Part shown: positions 12,908 through 25,975 of the stretch, piece after piece
Numbering within the stretch: position 1 is the first letter of the stretch
Layout: each line of letters begins with the position of its first letter
NCBI GenBank assembly: GCA_951406725.2
Contig: OX597837.1
Span: 34,782,001 to 34,846,000 of the forward strand
DNA from: Octopus vulgaris
Taxonomy: Eukaryota
Direction: 5' to 3'
DNA: 64,000 nt
Notes under the pieces: generated by a model
Seen by the model: only the letters and a program-made list of their open reading frames with translations
What the model was told of the DNA's origin: nothing
The model's database searches: none
Position numbers and translations under genes: made by a program

Positions 12908-13174
12908 AGGCAGGAAGAAAGACATAAGTACAGTTAGAGATAGACAAACAGGAAGACAGATATATAGATGGACAGACTGAGGTAGATAGATGTATAAATT
13001 GAAAAATAGACAGATAGGCAAACAATTGACAGAATATACCAGAGAGGAGGTTCCCAGAGTGGTCAATACAAATCCCAAGGGATTGAGAGAACTGTCCAAA
13101 GACATAGCTTTGTTAGCAACCAGTTTGGACTCTCTCAGGAAGAACTTAAATTAAACTGAAAGAAAAAAAATCAT

Positions 13175-13612
13175 ACATGTTCTACTTGGATTACAAGTTC
13201 AGGTTTTTTACCTGTAATTATTGGGATGCTGGGAAAGGTAACAAACTGCTTAAGCACCATTCTTGAGAAATTAGGCTTCTCAAAATCAGAAAGGAGAAAG
13301 CAAATTAGAAAATTACAGATTCAAGCTATCAATGGAACTGTCAAAATTTGTGAAACTTTCCAGAAATTTAGCATTTAACAAAAAAATGTGCATGTTTAGA
13401 CATGCAACTATATGCATAAGAATATATGCATAAAACAAAACATGCAAATCTGCACGTGCACTGATTCCAAATACTGCACATATTCACACAAATATGCACA
13501 AATATTATGTTGATGTTGTTGAAATTCCAATAAGGCAGCCTTGGAGCTGGATTAAAAATAGGCTCTTATTCTATTAGCCAGAAATCTTGAAATATAACTG
13601 AATAACAACATA
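13175..13612 (+). mobile_element. 3' end of an RLE-type non-LTR retrotransposon (R4/Dong-like), degenerate
   Basis: With one frameshift reads MFYLDYKFRF/PVIIGMLGKVTNCLSTILEKLGFSKSERRKQIRKLQIQAINGTVKICETFQKFSI*; PxxIGxLG is typical of RLE C-termini. Confidence 0.65.
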
Positions 13613-13614
13613 CA

Positions 13615-14170
13615 TAAGACTACAGATCCAACCCATTAATGGAACTGTAAAAATCTGTAAAACTTTCCAAAAGTTTATTATTTAACTATATATGACCATG
13701 TCTAGACATGCCATTATATGCATGGGAATACATATATAAAACAAAACATAGGCACAGGAGCGGCTGTGTGGTAAGTAGCTTGCTAACCAACCACATGGTT
13801 CCAGGTTTATTCCACTGTGTGGCATCTTGGGCAAGTGTCTTCTACTATAGCCTCGGGCCGATCAAAGCCTTGTGAGTGGATTTGGTAGATGGAAACTGAA
13901 AGAAGCCCGTCGTATATATGTATATATATGTATGTGCGTGTATGTTTGTGTGTCTGTGTTTGTCCCCCTAGCATTGCTTGACAACCGATGCTGGTGTGTT
14001 TACGTTGCCATCACTTAGCGGTTCGGCAAAAGAGACTGATAGAATAAGTACTGGGCTTACAAAGAATAAGTCCCGGGGTCGATTTGCTCGACTAAAGGTG
14101 GTGCTCCAGCATGGCCGCAGTCAAATGACTGAAACAAGTAAAAAAGTAAAGAGAAAGAGAGTATATAAAC

Positions 14171-14207
<37 letters not shown>

Positions 14208-14317
14208 TACATACATACACACAAACAAAAATACCCTGTTGCTGATGCTGAAATTCTAATGAAGGGGCCTTGGATCTTGGCTAGAAACTGGCTTTTTCTC
14301 TATTGGCAAGAAATCTT
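13615..14317 (+). mobile_element. Second, shorter 3' fragment of the same RLE-type element, split by SINE A
   Basis: ctacagatccaacccattaatggaactgtaaaaatctgtaaaactttcc matches 13315-13365; the 3' UTR resumes after 14161. Confidence 0.6.
13751..14161 (+). mobile_element. SINE family A, full length
   Basis: Complete head-to-tail match to other copies. Confidence 0.9.
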
Positions 14318-14560
14318 TAATGTCCACTTTTCCATGCTTGCATGGGTTGGACTGTATTTATTGAGGCAGATTTTCTATAGCTGGATGCTCTTCCTATCAA
14401 CTGCCCCTCTCCATCACCACCTGTTTCTAAGCCAAGTAATATCCACCCATGGGCTAGACATGCTTTTGCAGGATAATGGACATGAATGACACTCATTTAT
14501 AACAGTCACGCAATGTCAAGACAAGGAGACACAAACACACACTCACAAACATAAATATCT
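14318..14560 (-). mobile_element. SINE family B, 3' half
   Basis: Reverse complement of 8070-8300. Confidence 0.65.
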
Positions 14561-14561
14561 A

Positions 14562-14593
<32 letters not shown>

Positions 14594-14856
14594 AATATAT
14601 ATATATACAACACATGCACACATACACAATGGGATACAGACAGTCAGATAGATAAATAAACATGAAAATGCTAAGAACAGAGAGAGAAAGACACAGATAG
14701 AGAGGAATAGCTAGCTAGCTAGATAGATAGACAGAGAGGAATAGCTAGCTAGATAGATAGATAGACAGACAGACAGCTAGATAGATAGATAGAGAGAGAG
14801 GGGCAGAGAGCTAAATAGATAGATATAGATAGATAGATATATATATAGATAGATAT

Positions 14857-16515
14857 GTTTCTTTATTAGCCACACAGGGCTGCACACAGATGGGACAGAT
14901 TACAAAATAGAGTTTTTGGGGGAGGGGAGGAAAAAAAGTGGGGTTAGGTTTTCGATCAAAAGAGATTGGTAAAAGGGAAAGAAAAAAGAAAAGAAAAAGA
15001 AAAAAAGGAAAGAAAAAGAAAAGAAAAAGAAAAAAAGGGAAAGAAAAAAAGAAAAGGAAAAAAACGATCAATAGGGATCATGTATCACAGAAATGTCATG
15101 ATGTAAAGTGAAAAGGGGGAAGTAGATAAGGTTTATCTGTGGAAAGAAAAGCCCACGGAAAAGACCACGGTAACCTTAGTCAATAATGTCACATGTTACC
15201 ACATTTGTTTGCAAGTAGGTAACCCTCTGTTTTACATTTTTCCGGGTTCATAGGGTTATGCTCAAGGTGGCTTCGTCATTCATACGTGCCATCCTTGCTA
15301 CATTCACCCATCTTTTTTGAAACATTCGCTAGACAAAACTTGCCTCTCTACTCTCACTTTCCTTTTCAAGTGATACTTGAAAAAGTTGATGACAGATTGA
15401 CCAGAGAGGAAAGTGTTTGTCTCCAATCCTTTCAGATGTGTCCACCAGATACATTCTTTCACCATAGCCACAAGAATGATGAAAATAGCTCTTCCTTCCC
15501 ATTTGAAGGAAGGAGGCGTGACAATATTGATGACAGACTTGGCTGATAAACCGACTCGTCCCACACGTGACATCAGTCATTCGACATAAGCCCACAGGTC
15601 GGAAATTGTTGGACACTGCATGAGTGCGTGCAGAATGGTTTCGTCGCTCTGACTGCATCTCGGGCAGGTTGGCCCCATTTTTCTCAAGCCGTGTCTGTAG
15701 AGCTTATCCTGAATGGGTAGCACTTCTCAGTAGCACTGCCAGGCCAGGGATCTCTGGAAGTTGTCCATGGGCCCTGGCGTGAAAGTCATCCTGAACAGGC
15801 AGGTCAGGTATTCCTTGTCGATGTCCAGGTTCGCCCCAAGCTCATCGTCATACCTCCCCTCCACTAATCCCCTATAGAATGCTTTGGTTGTGTTGAAGTC
15901 ACTCAAAGTCGACCCAGGACGGCATAGTTGCTTGAGAGCAACACGACACTCGTGGTGCCATTCACCCTTCCTCGGCCTCTTTTTGATCCACGACTGCAGT
16001 TCAGTCATGGAGACGAGTTGCGGGAAAGTGTGCCTCACAAACAGCGACCACACCTGTTCACCATCACCCACATAGAGCCTGAGATGTCGCTGTCTCAGCG
16101 CGTGTCTGCGCATCATCAACCACGGCATGCCCAGTCCTCCTTTTAATGGGTGTTGACAGCAAATGGATCGCCTGACCATCGGGATGCATCCTTTCCACAA
16201 GAAGCGAGAGAGAATGTGTTCTAGTTTGGTGATGGTAGGTTCGGGACAAGGCATGATGGTCAGGCGGAAGTAGATGACAGACGCGATGTACGAGTTCACC
16301 ACCTCCGCCCGACCTTTTAGGGATGGTTTCCTCTCGGCCAATTGCCGGGCAAGAGTGACCACCCTACTTCTTATCTCGTTCCGGTTTTTCTCCATTTGGA
16401 GGTCCAGACCAAACCAGAGCCCAAGCAACTCGACCGGACCGTCGGTCCAGCATCCCATGACGGAGGCACCTGTGCATGGCATGAGCTTGCTTCTCCAGAT
16501 GCCGAGCCGCAAGCT
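14857..16515 (-). mobile_element. 5'-truncated Tx1/L1-clade LINE: ORF2 C-terminal region plus 3' UTR
   Basis: ORF 15727-16512 has LLGLWFG, SLKGRAEVVNSY, FLWKG and GGLG motifs; past an in-frame TGA it continues DKLYRHGLRKMGPTCPRCSQSDETILHALMQCP (CCHC zf-RVT); 3' UTR ends AATAAAGAAAC; (GATA/GACA)n on both flanks. Confidence 0.9.
15248..16512 (-). pseudogene. Disrupted LINE ORF2 (post-RT region and zf-RVT)
   Basis: In-frame TGA stops near 15727 and 15578 and a frameshift near 15310. Confidence 0.85.
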
Positions 16516-16568
16516 ATAGACAGACAGAGAGAGAGATAGAGAGAGATAGAGATAGATAGATAGTTAGT

Positions 16569-16600
<32 letters not shown>

Positions 16601-16845
16601 CAGACAGACAACTAGCTAGATAGATAGATAGACAGCCAGACAGACACAGACAAGCAGACAGATAGATACACAGACAAGCAGACAGATAGATACACAGACA
16701 GACAGTCAGATAGCCAGCCAGACAGACAGACAAATAGACAGACAGACTGAGAAGGATGGGTAGGTAGATAGACAGACAGCTAGATAGATAGATAGATAGA
16801 TAGAGAGATATATAGATAAAGAGACAGATACATACATACATACAA
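16516..16845. repeat. (GATA)/(GACA) tetranucleotide tract
   Basis: Directly visible; a similar tract lies at 14690-14856. Confidence 0.9.
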
Positions 16846-16942
16846 CTACATCAATAAGGTAAGGCATGTGTTCAAGTGTGTACACATATGTTCATGTGTG
16901 TGTATTTGCATGAAGACATGTATGCATGGTATGTTTTGCATG

Positions 16943-16988
<46 letters not shown>

Positions 16989-17248
16989 TGTGTAAAGAAT
17001 TTTTTTTATTCGTTTTCCTTCCTTATTTACATCTGTCTTTCTTTCTTGCTTGCTTGCTTTAATATCTGTGTCAGGATCTTAAGCTTATGTTTTTGAAAGA
17101 AACCAATAAATATATAAGAAAATAAATAGATTTTTTTTTTTATTATTGTTGTTGTTGTTCCTGAAGAACCCAGCAAGGCATTCAGAATCTCAACTAACGA
17201 TAAACTTCTTTTCTAGCAAACCAAAATATTGATTCATAGAAGCTGAAG

Positions 17249-17615
<367 letters not shown>

Positions 17616-17714
17616 CATCATCATACATAGAGAGGGGAGTGAGTCAGAGAGAGAGGGAGAGAGTATTGAGAGAGAGACACAGAAAGACTAAGAGAGTACA
17701 AGCAAGAGAGAAGA

Positions 17715-17749
<35 letters not shown>

Positions 17750-17847
17750 CAAGAGTACAAGTGAGAGTGAAAAAGAGATTAAGAAAGAAGAGAGTGTTAG
17801 AGAGAAAGTGAGAGACTGTGTGTGTGTGTGTGTGTGCGTGTGTGTGT

Positions 17848-17881
<34 letters not shown>

Positions 17882-18532
17882 AGGGAAAGAATGAAGGAAG
17901 TAATCAACAAGGAAGAAGAAAAATAAAAATGATGTAAATACTACAAAAGAATATATTATTTAAAAACAGAAAAAATTGTAAAATCAACGCAAAAAACTGC
18001 GAGAGATAAAAAAAAAAAAAAGAAGATAAAGAAACAATTCTAAACAATTCTTAACAAAAAATTTTAAAAAAAAAGAAATAAAAAAAAGAAATAATACCCC
18101 CCCCCCACCATCAATCCAAAAGGAAAAAAAAAAAAAGCTAAATATTAATAATAGATGTTAACAAAAGGAAGCTACAAGTTTAGTGTACTATGCACACAAT
18201 ACAAGTGAATAGTACGAAAATTAAAGTGCGAGATTTATCTTCTTGACTTTGAATAACCGGTTTGCAGAATAGAGAGATAAATAAATAAATAAAGAATTTT
18301 AATAGAAGCTGGTGATAGGTAGAGAATGTCTTGGAGAGTATTTTCTAGAAATTTGTTTGGGAAGTTGAATATGATTTAAAGATGAATGACGATAATAGAA
18401 AAAGAAAAGGAAAAAAAAAATCCAAAATTGCATAAATATAAAATAAATACTGAATGTGGTTAAATATTATGCAACAATTACATATATTTGTATCTTAAAT
18501 ACAAGACTTGTTTTGATAACTGCAGGTGGTAT

Positions 18533-18805
18533 GTGGAGGCGCAATGGCCCAGTGGTTAGGGCAGCGGACTCGCGGTCATAGGATCGCGGTTTCGATTCCC
18601 AGACCGGGCGTTGTGAGTGTTTATTGAGCGAAAACACCTAAAAGCTCCATGAGGCTCCGGCAGGGGATGGTGGTGATCCCTGCTGTACTCTTTCACCACA
18701 ACTTTCTCTCTCACTCTTACTTCCTGTTTCTGTTGTACCTGTATTTCAAGGGGCCGGCCTTGTCACTCTCTGTGTCACGCTGAATATCCCCGAGAACTAC
18801 GTTAG
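18533..18805 (+). mobile_element. SINE family C, 3'-truncated
   Basis: gtggaggcgcaatggcccagtggttagggcagcggactcgcgg...ggtttcgattccc tRNA-like head; identity with the 33735 copy ends at actacgtta. Confidence 0.9.
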
Positions 18806-18995
18806 CTGGTGCCATATATAATGCAGTCGTGCTGGTACCACGTATAAAGCACCCAATACAATCTGTAAAGCAGTTGGCATTAGGAAGGGCATCCAGCTGT
18901 AGAAACCATGCCAAAATAGGTACCTGGAACTTGGTGCAACCCTTCAGCTGGTCAGCTCCTCTCAAACTGCCCAACCCATGCCAGCATGGAAAATA
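18806..18995 (+). mobile_element. Family E 3' fragment
   Basis: gttggcattaggaagggcatccagctgtagaaac...cccatgccagcatggaaaa. Confidence 0.7.
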
Positions 18996-18996
18996 G

Positions 18997-19198
18997 CCAT
19001 ATCTGGCCCCAAATATTCTACTTGTTTTATGTTCAAACTGGCTAGATCTGGCCTCTCCTATCTACCCTACAATGTCATTCTAAAAATAAACAATCACATC
19101 ATTGTAATCTCAGAGTTATGAGATAATGCATGATTAATTCAAAACAATGTGAATAAATATGCATTACACTGGACAGAATAAACTGAATGCTAAAGGGT
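18997..19198 (+). mobile_element. piggyBac-like MITE (family F), left end missing
   Basis: Matches 50114-50352; ends gaatgctaaaggg. Confidence 0.75.
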
Positions 19199-19202
19199 TT
19201 AG

Positions 19203-20055
19203 GGCAGGGAGCTGGCAGAATCATTCCCACACTAGGAAAAAAGCTTAGTGGCACTTTTTCCGACTTTACATTCTGAGTTCAAATACCACTGGAATTGTCT
19301 CTGCTTTTCATCCTTTCGCGGTTGATAAAATAAGTACCCATTGAGCAACCCACCCGCCCACCCTGCCACTGAAATTGCTGGCCTTAAGCCAAAATTTAAA
19401 ACCATTTTAAACCATTATTGACTGGGGTCAATGTGGTTAACTATCACCCTCCCCACAAATTCCAGGCCTTGAACCTATATCCCTATATCAGAAAAGATTA
19501 TTATTATTAAAGTGATCATTACCTGCGTTGCCTAACTGGGACGTGAACAAAACATTCCAGCGAGGTCATTGCCAGTGCCGCTGGACTGACACCTGTGCAG
19601 GTGGCACGTAAAAAGTAGCATTTGAGCGTGGCCATTGCCAGTACTGCCAGACTGGCCCTCATGCCAGTGGCACATAAAAGCACCCACTAAACTCTCGGAG
19701 TGGTTGGCGTTAGGCAGGGCATCCAGCTGTGGATACTCTGCCAGATCAGATTGGAGCCTAGTGCAGCCAACTGGTTCGCCAGTCCTCAGTCAAATCATCC
19801 AACCCATGCTAGCATGGAAAGTGGACGTTAAACGATGATGAAAGAGGTGAGCTAGTAGAACCATTGGCAAGTTGGACAAAATGCTTGGAGGAATTTCTTC
19901 AAGATTCAAATTATTTGTTCTAGGTTCAAATTATGCTGAGGTCAACTCTGGCTTTCACTGTTGATGAAATAAGGACCAGTTGAGCACTAGAGTCAATGAA
20001 TTAGACTTATGCCTCCCTTAAAACTGCTAGCTTTGTAGCAAAATTTTAAACCATT
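19203..20055 (+). mobile_element. Cluster: SINE D2 (19203-19400), D2 tail (19420-19510), family E (19520-19840), SINE D2 (19845-20055)
   Basis: gagctggcagaa heads, tttcatcctttc core and E-type (GAT)n tail. Confidence 0.7.
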
Positions 20056-20099
20056 ATTATTGATATTATCATCAATATCCCCATGCTTTCCTATGCTTA

Positions 20100-20487
20100 T
20101 CTCTTCTCTCTATATATAAACGGCAGTTTGTCTGTGTGCGTGTCTGTGTGTCTGTCAGGTTGTACCCTCACCCTGACCATGGCTTTCAACCGATTCTGAT
20201 GAAACTTGACACACACATAGCCCAATGTCATAATTCAAAACTAACGCAGCGAAAATTTTGAAAAGTTCCCCCAGTTCTGAAAAAAATCGATAAATTCGAC
20301 ATGGGGTCGACAATCAGAAACACATACCACAGATGGTCTAGGGGGCGCAACTCGACCTTTTTAACTCTCAAAAAAATTTACCATCATTTTTTCCCCATTT
20401 TTTTGCTATTTTTTTGCTATAGCTCTCTAAAAATGCTTTATAGTTATTTCCCTTACAAACCCGAGCAACGCCGGGCGATACTGCTAG
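20100..20487 (+). mobile_element. Non-autonomous Helitron
   Basis: 5' TC followed by a TATA tract; 3' hairpin cccgagcaacgccggg then CTAG|T; 3' end nearly identical to the copies at 52393-53740; no TSD. Confidence 0.85.
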
Positions 20488-21168
20488 TTTATTTATATAT
20501 TTACTATTTCACAGTAACAATAACAACATTCATAAATAGAAACAAGAACCATTCAGTCATTCATTCAAAGCATTGCACAGCTGCTGCATATTTTTGCAAT
20601 ATTTCGCAGCTGCAATGACAGAATGGAATCAATTGTAAAGAAAAAGAAATAAAAACAAATAAAGAACAAAATAACAAAACTAGAGTCAGTCTCACCATCA
20701 CTTGAGGCCAACTATAGATTTACAGTGTTGTTGCACATCTTAAGAAATGTATAAATAGATTCATGCACAGTGCAGCTATGATGCATTTCTTACATTGTGT
20801 AATATGTAATGCACAAGTCATGCTTTGTAAATCTGAGTGAACTGTTGCACCTGCTCTGTCGTTTTCTATTTATTCCAACAGGTTTCATATACATACATAT
20901 GCACAATCATGCATTTACTAAGATATATATATATATGAGTGTGTGTATATAAATATACATATATGGATATGTGTGAGTGTGGGTGTATAAAGACTAATGC
21001 ATGCACACTCTCGTGTGTGTATGAATACACCATTATATATAAAGAGAATCATTCACATATATTTATAAAGATTTCCAATAATGCACATGCAGATATGTAT
21101 ATATATATATATATATATATATCTATCTAATATATATATATAAATAAATAAATAAATAAATACAAACA

Positions 21169-21241
<73 letters not shown>

Positions 21242-21265
21242 TATATATATATATATATATATGTG

Positions 21266-21300
<35 letters not shown>

Positions 21301-21306
21301 ATATAT

Positions 21307-21509
21307 ATCACTTTGATCACTTTGACCGAACAGTCTGTCAGGCGTCCATTTGACACCGCTGGTCACAGCACGCTGTCCACTCCTCTCTGGATCGTGCCTT
21401 TCTCATCCACGTGATCCCAATCATCCACTTGAAATCGTAACTCCACCGTCGTGGAGGTCTTCTGGGTGGACTTTTCCGCTCGCGCGGGTACCACTCGACA
21501 ACTGCATGA
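21307..21509 (-). mobile_element. RTE-clade LINE 3' end inside a (TA)n tract
   Basis: HAVVEWYPRERKSPPRRPPRRWSYDFKWMIGITWMRKARSREEW fits the RTE C-terminal W-PR..KR..RP..RW pattern; tail (CAAAGTGAT)x2. Confidence 0.8.
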
Positions 21510-21940
21510 TATATATGTGTGTGTGTGTATATACATGTATATATATGTGTGTGTGTGTGTGTGTGTATACGTGTATGTATATATATATATATGTATACAC
21601 ACATATATATATATATATATGTAAACTTAGATATGTTTCAACCAAAGATTGGCCCAGGCCATGTCTAACTTAATAGCACCACCTGATATGATTAATCTAA
21701 ATCCTGTTTAAGTCAAGTTTTGTTTGGGGTCCATTCAAGTAGTGAGTTTTTGTTGGGTGAGTTGTATTCAATTATGGGTAGCTTATCTGGTATTCCTTGA
21801 AGGAGTCTATCCAGACTCTGTTTAAAGTTGATGGGATCCTTTTCCTCTTTGACCTCTTTCGGGACAATATTAAATAGGGCAGGGCCTGTTGAGGAAAAGA
21901 AATTATGTTGCAGTGTACATATATGCTGTGATATATGTAT

Positions 21941-22180
21941 ATCATCATCATCATCATCGTTTAACTTCTGCTTTCCATGCTAGCATGGGTTGGATGATTT
22001 TGACTAAGGGCTGGTGAACCAGATGGCTGTACCAGGCCCCAATCTTGATCTGGCAGAGTTTCTACAGCTGGATGCCCTTCCTAACGCCAACCACTCCAAG
22101 AGTGTAGTGGGTGCTTTTTACGTGCCACTGGCATGGGGGCCAGTCAGGCGGTACTGGCAGTGACCTCGCTCGAATCTTTT
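21941..22180 (-). mobile_element. Family E, 5'-truncated retroposon with (GAT)n tail
   Basis: Matches 27272-27620, 49003-49261 and 54458-54782. Confidence 0.8.
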
Positions 22181-22309
22181 TACACATACCACCAGCACGT
22201 ATATGTATATATATATATATATGTATACGTATATATATAAATATATGTATACGTATATATATTTATATAAATATACGTATATGTAAGTATAAGTATATAT
22301 ACATATATG

Positions 22310-22342
<33 letters not shown>

Positions 22343-22477
22343 ATATATATATGAATTTTTGTGTATATGTATATGTGTGTGTGATGTGTGTGTATATGTA
22401 TTTATATATACATATATTATCATCATCATCATAGTTTGACATCTGCCTTCTATGCTAGCATGGGTGAGACATATGTG

Positions 22478-22526
<49 letters not shown>

Positions 22527-22785
22527 TATATATATATATATATATTAACAGACCATAGGCACAAAGTAGTGTTTAGGTATGAGCAGAATTTATATATGTG
22601 AGTGTGTGTGTGTATAAGTGTTTTTTTCACAATGATTACAGATGTTAACACATTATACATTTCTACGTTACATAAACACAAGCTGTTTCTCACTTTAGAG
22701 ACACACATCTATAGACACACACACAGAGAAAGATGAGCCTCTTTCAAATACACATGAAAATACAGTGAAGACATTTATTTTTTTA

Positions 22786-23057
22786 TTCTTTTATTTGTTT
22801 CAGTCATTTGACTGCGGCCCTGCTGGCGCACTGTCTTTAGTCGAACAATTTGACCCCAGGACTCATCCTTTGTAAGCCTAGTACTTATTCTATTCGTCTC
22901 GTTTGCCAAACCGCTAAGTTACAGGGACATAAACACACCAACATCGGTTGTCAAGCAATGGTAGGGGGACAAACACACACACACACGTATATATATACAC
23001 ACGATGGGCTTCTTTGAGTTTCTGTCTACCAAATTCACCTTGCCCAAGGTGCTATGC

Positions 23058-23059
<2 letters not shown>
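22786..23059 (-). mobile_element. SINE family A, older copy with an internal deletion
   Basis: 3' half intact; head partly deleted. Confidence 0.8.
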
Positions 23060-23142
<83 letters not shown>

Positions 23143-24604
23143 GCACACACACACAAACATTAATCAAATGTACACACACACACATCAAAAAATCAATCTG
23201 ACCACAAAATAAATACCTGAAATGAACACAAAGGAGACTTTATATAGACACTCAATTTGCTAGAAATAGAAACCAAATCTTTCTCAAATCACACTTTAAT
23301 ATCTTAGCTAAAAGCACAACATTGCAAACTGGGGTCCTAGGTAAACAGTATGTACAAAAAAAAATGAAAAAAAAAAACAGTACTGACACAGGATTAAAAA
23401 ACAGACACATATGCACAACATACATATACACACCAGACACACTTGTTGAAACTTCAGATAGATAACACATACAAAGAACATGTCTGATCATTTAGCTTCC
23501 GTTACATTTTATCATCAAGTAAATCAATATAAAAAACAAAAAAAAAAAAACAATACAAAATGTGTAGAACATAACTAGCTCTATATATATTCAGTGTCTT
23601 AGACAGAAGTGGTTATGACATCCAAGGTACTTTGACTTTGGGGTACGTAAACCACTAGAGAACCTGCAGAAAGCAGAGCAGTCAGAGCAGAAAATGTGGC
23701 ATCAGTGGGGTATCCAGGAATCCTCCCGGCCCCTTTTGAGTGAAGGGAGTTAAGGGCCAAAACGCTTGCATAAGGGGATGGGATAGTGGCTTCTATGAAA
23801 ATCTCCTGCTATTCATCACCCACCCCTCGAGTTTCTTACTACCCTGTTTGCTGTTCACCAAATTGTATCATCTCTCTCCCCCCACTTTCTTTCATTGAAT
23901 AATCTACCCAGTCTCCAAGGTTGCATTTACACCGGCATTTGATCTGCTAAAAATAGCAGTCAAACCTCCCTCGACTTACAGCATATTGCTTCATAAAATG
24001 AAAGATACATTGCATTATTTGGTCCTAGAAATATAAAGGAAAGATGAGATGATCATAGATGAGGTGCTATTGATCACAAATCTGTACAATCAAAACTGAC
24101 CTAGGGTTAAACTCCTCTTGTTACATGCATAAATATTTCTCTACAGCAATACTTCCCCCCACCATAACCGTCCCTCTTCTTGTCACTTTTGATCATTGAG
24201 CCTCATCCCCTACAGCTAATTGCATCACGAGTGAAATTATAAGGGTGGCAGACAAGCAGAAAGGGCGGAGTAATTAGAGTGTCTGGGTTTAAATCCTGTC
24301 AGAGACAACTTTGCCTTTCACCATTCGAGGGTTAACAAAGCAAAGCCCAGTCGGTATTGACACAGGATTAAGCAACAGACCCGTACATGCACAACATGCA
24401 TATACAATGATCTCAACTAATCCCTCCCCTCAGAGCAGCTGGTTTTGTATTTAAAGTAGAAAGTTAAATCAACTTTTCTTTTTATCTTTTTGGAAAAGAT
24501 AAAAAATTAAATATAGTCAAGTAGTGGGGTCAATGGCATTTATCTGCTCCCCCCATTATTGCTGGCCTTGTGCCTAAATTAGAAACTCAACAACAACAAC
24601 AACA

Positions 24605-25975
24605 ATAATAATAATCCTTTCTACTATAGGCACAAGGCCTGCAATTTTGGGGAGGCGAATAATTAATTACATTGACCCCAGTGTTTCACTGGTACTTAAT
24701 TTATCGATCCTGAAAAGATGGAAAGCAATGTCGACCTCGGTGGTATTTGAACTCATAAAGACGGACGAAATGTGGCGAGGCATTTTGCCTGGCATGCTAA
24801 TGATTCTGCCAGCTCACCACCTTCACTAATAGGGGCCGAGTTCCTTTCGAGTGTTGGGCCTCACGGAAGCAATGACTGAGACCTTTGGCATTATGTTGTG
24901 CTTGAAAAGAAGACCCATCAAGCTGAGCAAAATCGCAGTCATGGCAGATACCGATGTCACACAAATGGCACCTGTGCTGGTGTCATGCAAATTGGCACCC
25001 GTGCCAGTGGCATGTAAAAGCAGCCCAGTGTCATGCAAATGGCACCTGTGCTTCAGAATGTAAAGAGACATAACTTAATCCCACAATAATAATAATAATA
25101 ATTCTTTCTACTATAGGACTATAGGCAAGGGTCAGAAATTTTAGGGCAAGAGACTGGTTGACTATATTGACACAAGTGTTCGACTGATCCTAATTTTATT
25201 GATCTTCAAAAGAATGAAAGGCGAAGCTGACCTCGGCAGAATTTGAACTCAATGTAAAGCCGGAATAAAATGGCACAAGGCATTTTGTCCAATGTATTAA
25301 TGATTTTGCTAGTTCACTGCTTTCTATCTCATTATATTTATTTCTTTATTGCCCACAGGGAGCTAAACATAGAGGGGACAAACAAAGGATTTAAATCGAT
25401 TACACCAACCCCAGTGCTTAACTGCTACTTATTTAATTGACCCCCAACAGGATGAAAGGCAAAGTCAACCTCGGCGGAGTTTGAACTCAGAACGTAACGG
25501 CAGGCGAAATACCTATTTTTTTACTACCCACAAGGGGCTAAACACAGAGAGGACAAACAAGGACAGACAAATGGATTAAGTCGATTATATCGACCCCAGT
25601 GCGTAACTGGTACTTATTTAATCGACCCCGAAAGGATGAAAGGCAAAGTCAACCTCAGCGGAATTTGAACTCAGAATGTAGCAGCAGGCGAAATACCGCT
25701 AAGCATTTCATCTGGCATGCTAGCTCATTGCCCTATCTCACTATGTTGATAACAAGAATAAGGTGGAAAGCTGGCAGCATTGTTTGTACACTGGGCAAAA
25801 TGCTAAGCAGCAATTTGTCCGCCTTTGCATTCTGAGTTCAAATTCCACCGAAGTCAACTTTGTTTTTCATTCTTTCTAGGTAAATAAAATAAATATCAGT
25901 TGAGCACAGGGGTTGATGTAATCGATTTACTACCTCCTCCAAATTGCTGGCCCTTGTGCCAAAACTTGAAACCAA
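24605..25975. mobile_element. SINE cluster: D2(-) 24615-24825, E-related 24830-25050, D2(-) 25100-25320, D dimer(-) 25338-25735, D2(+) 25760-25975
   Basis: Repeated gatgaaaggcaaagtc...tttgaactc core. Confidence 0.75.

Noticed and set aside
18533-18610. tRNA gene
   Set aside because: A/B boxes are present, but the sequence runs into a multi-copy SINE body with TSDs elsewhere, so it is a SINE head.
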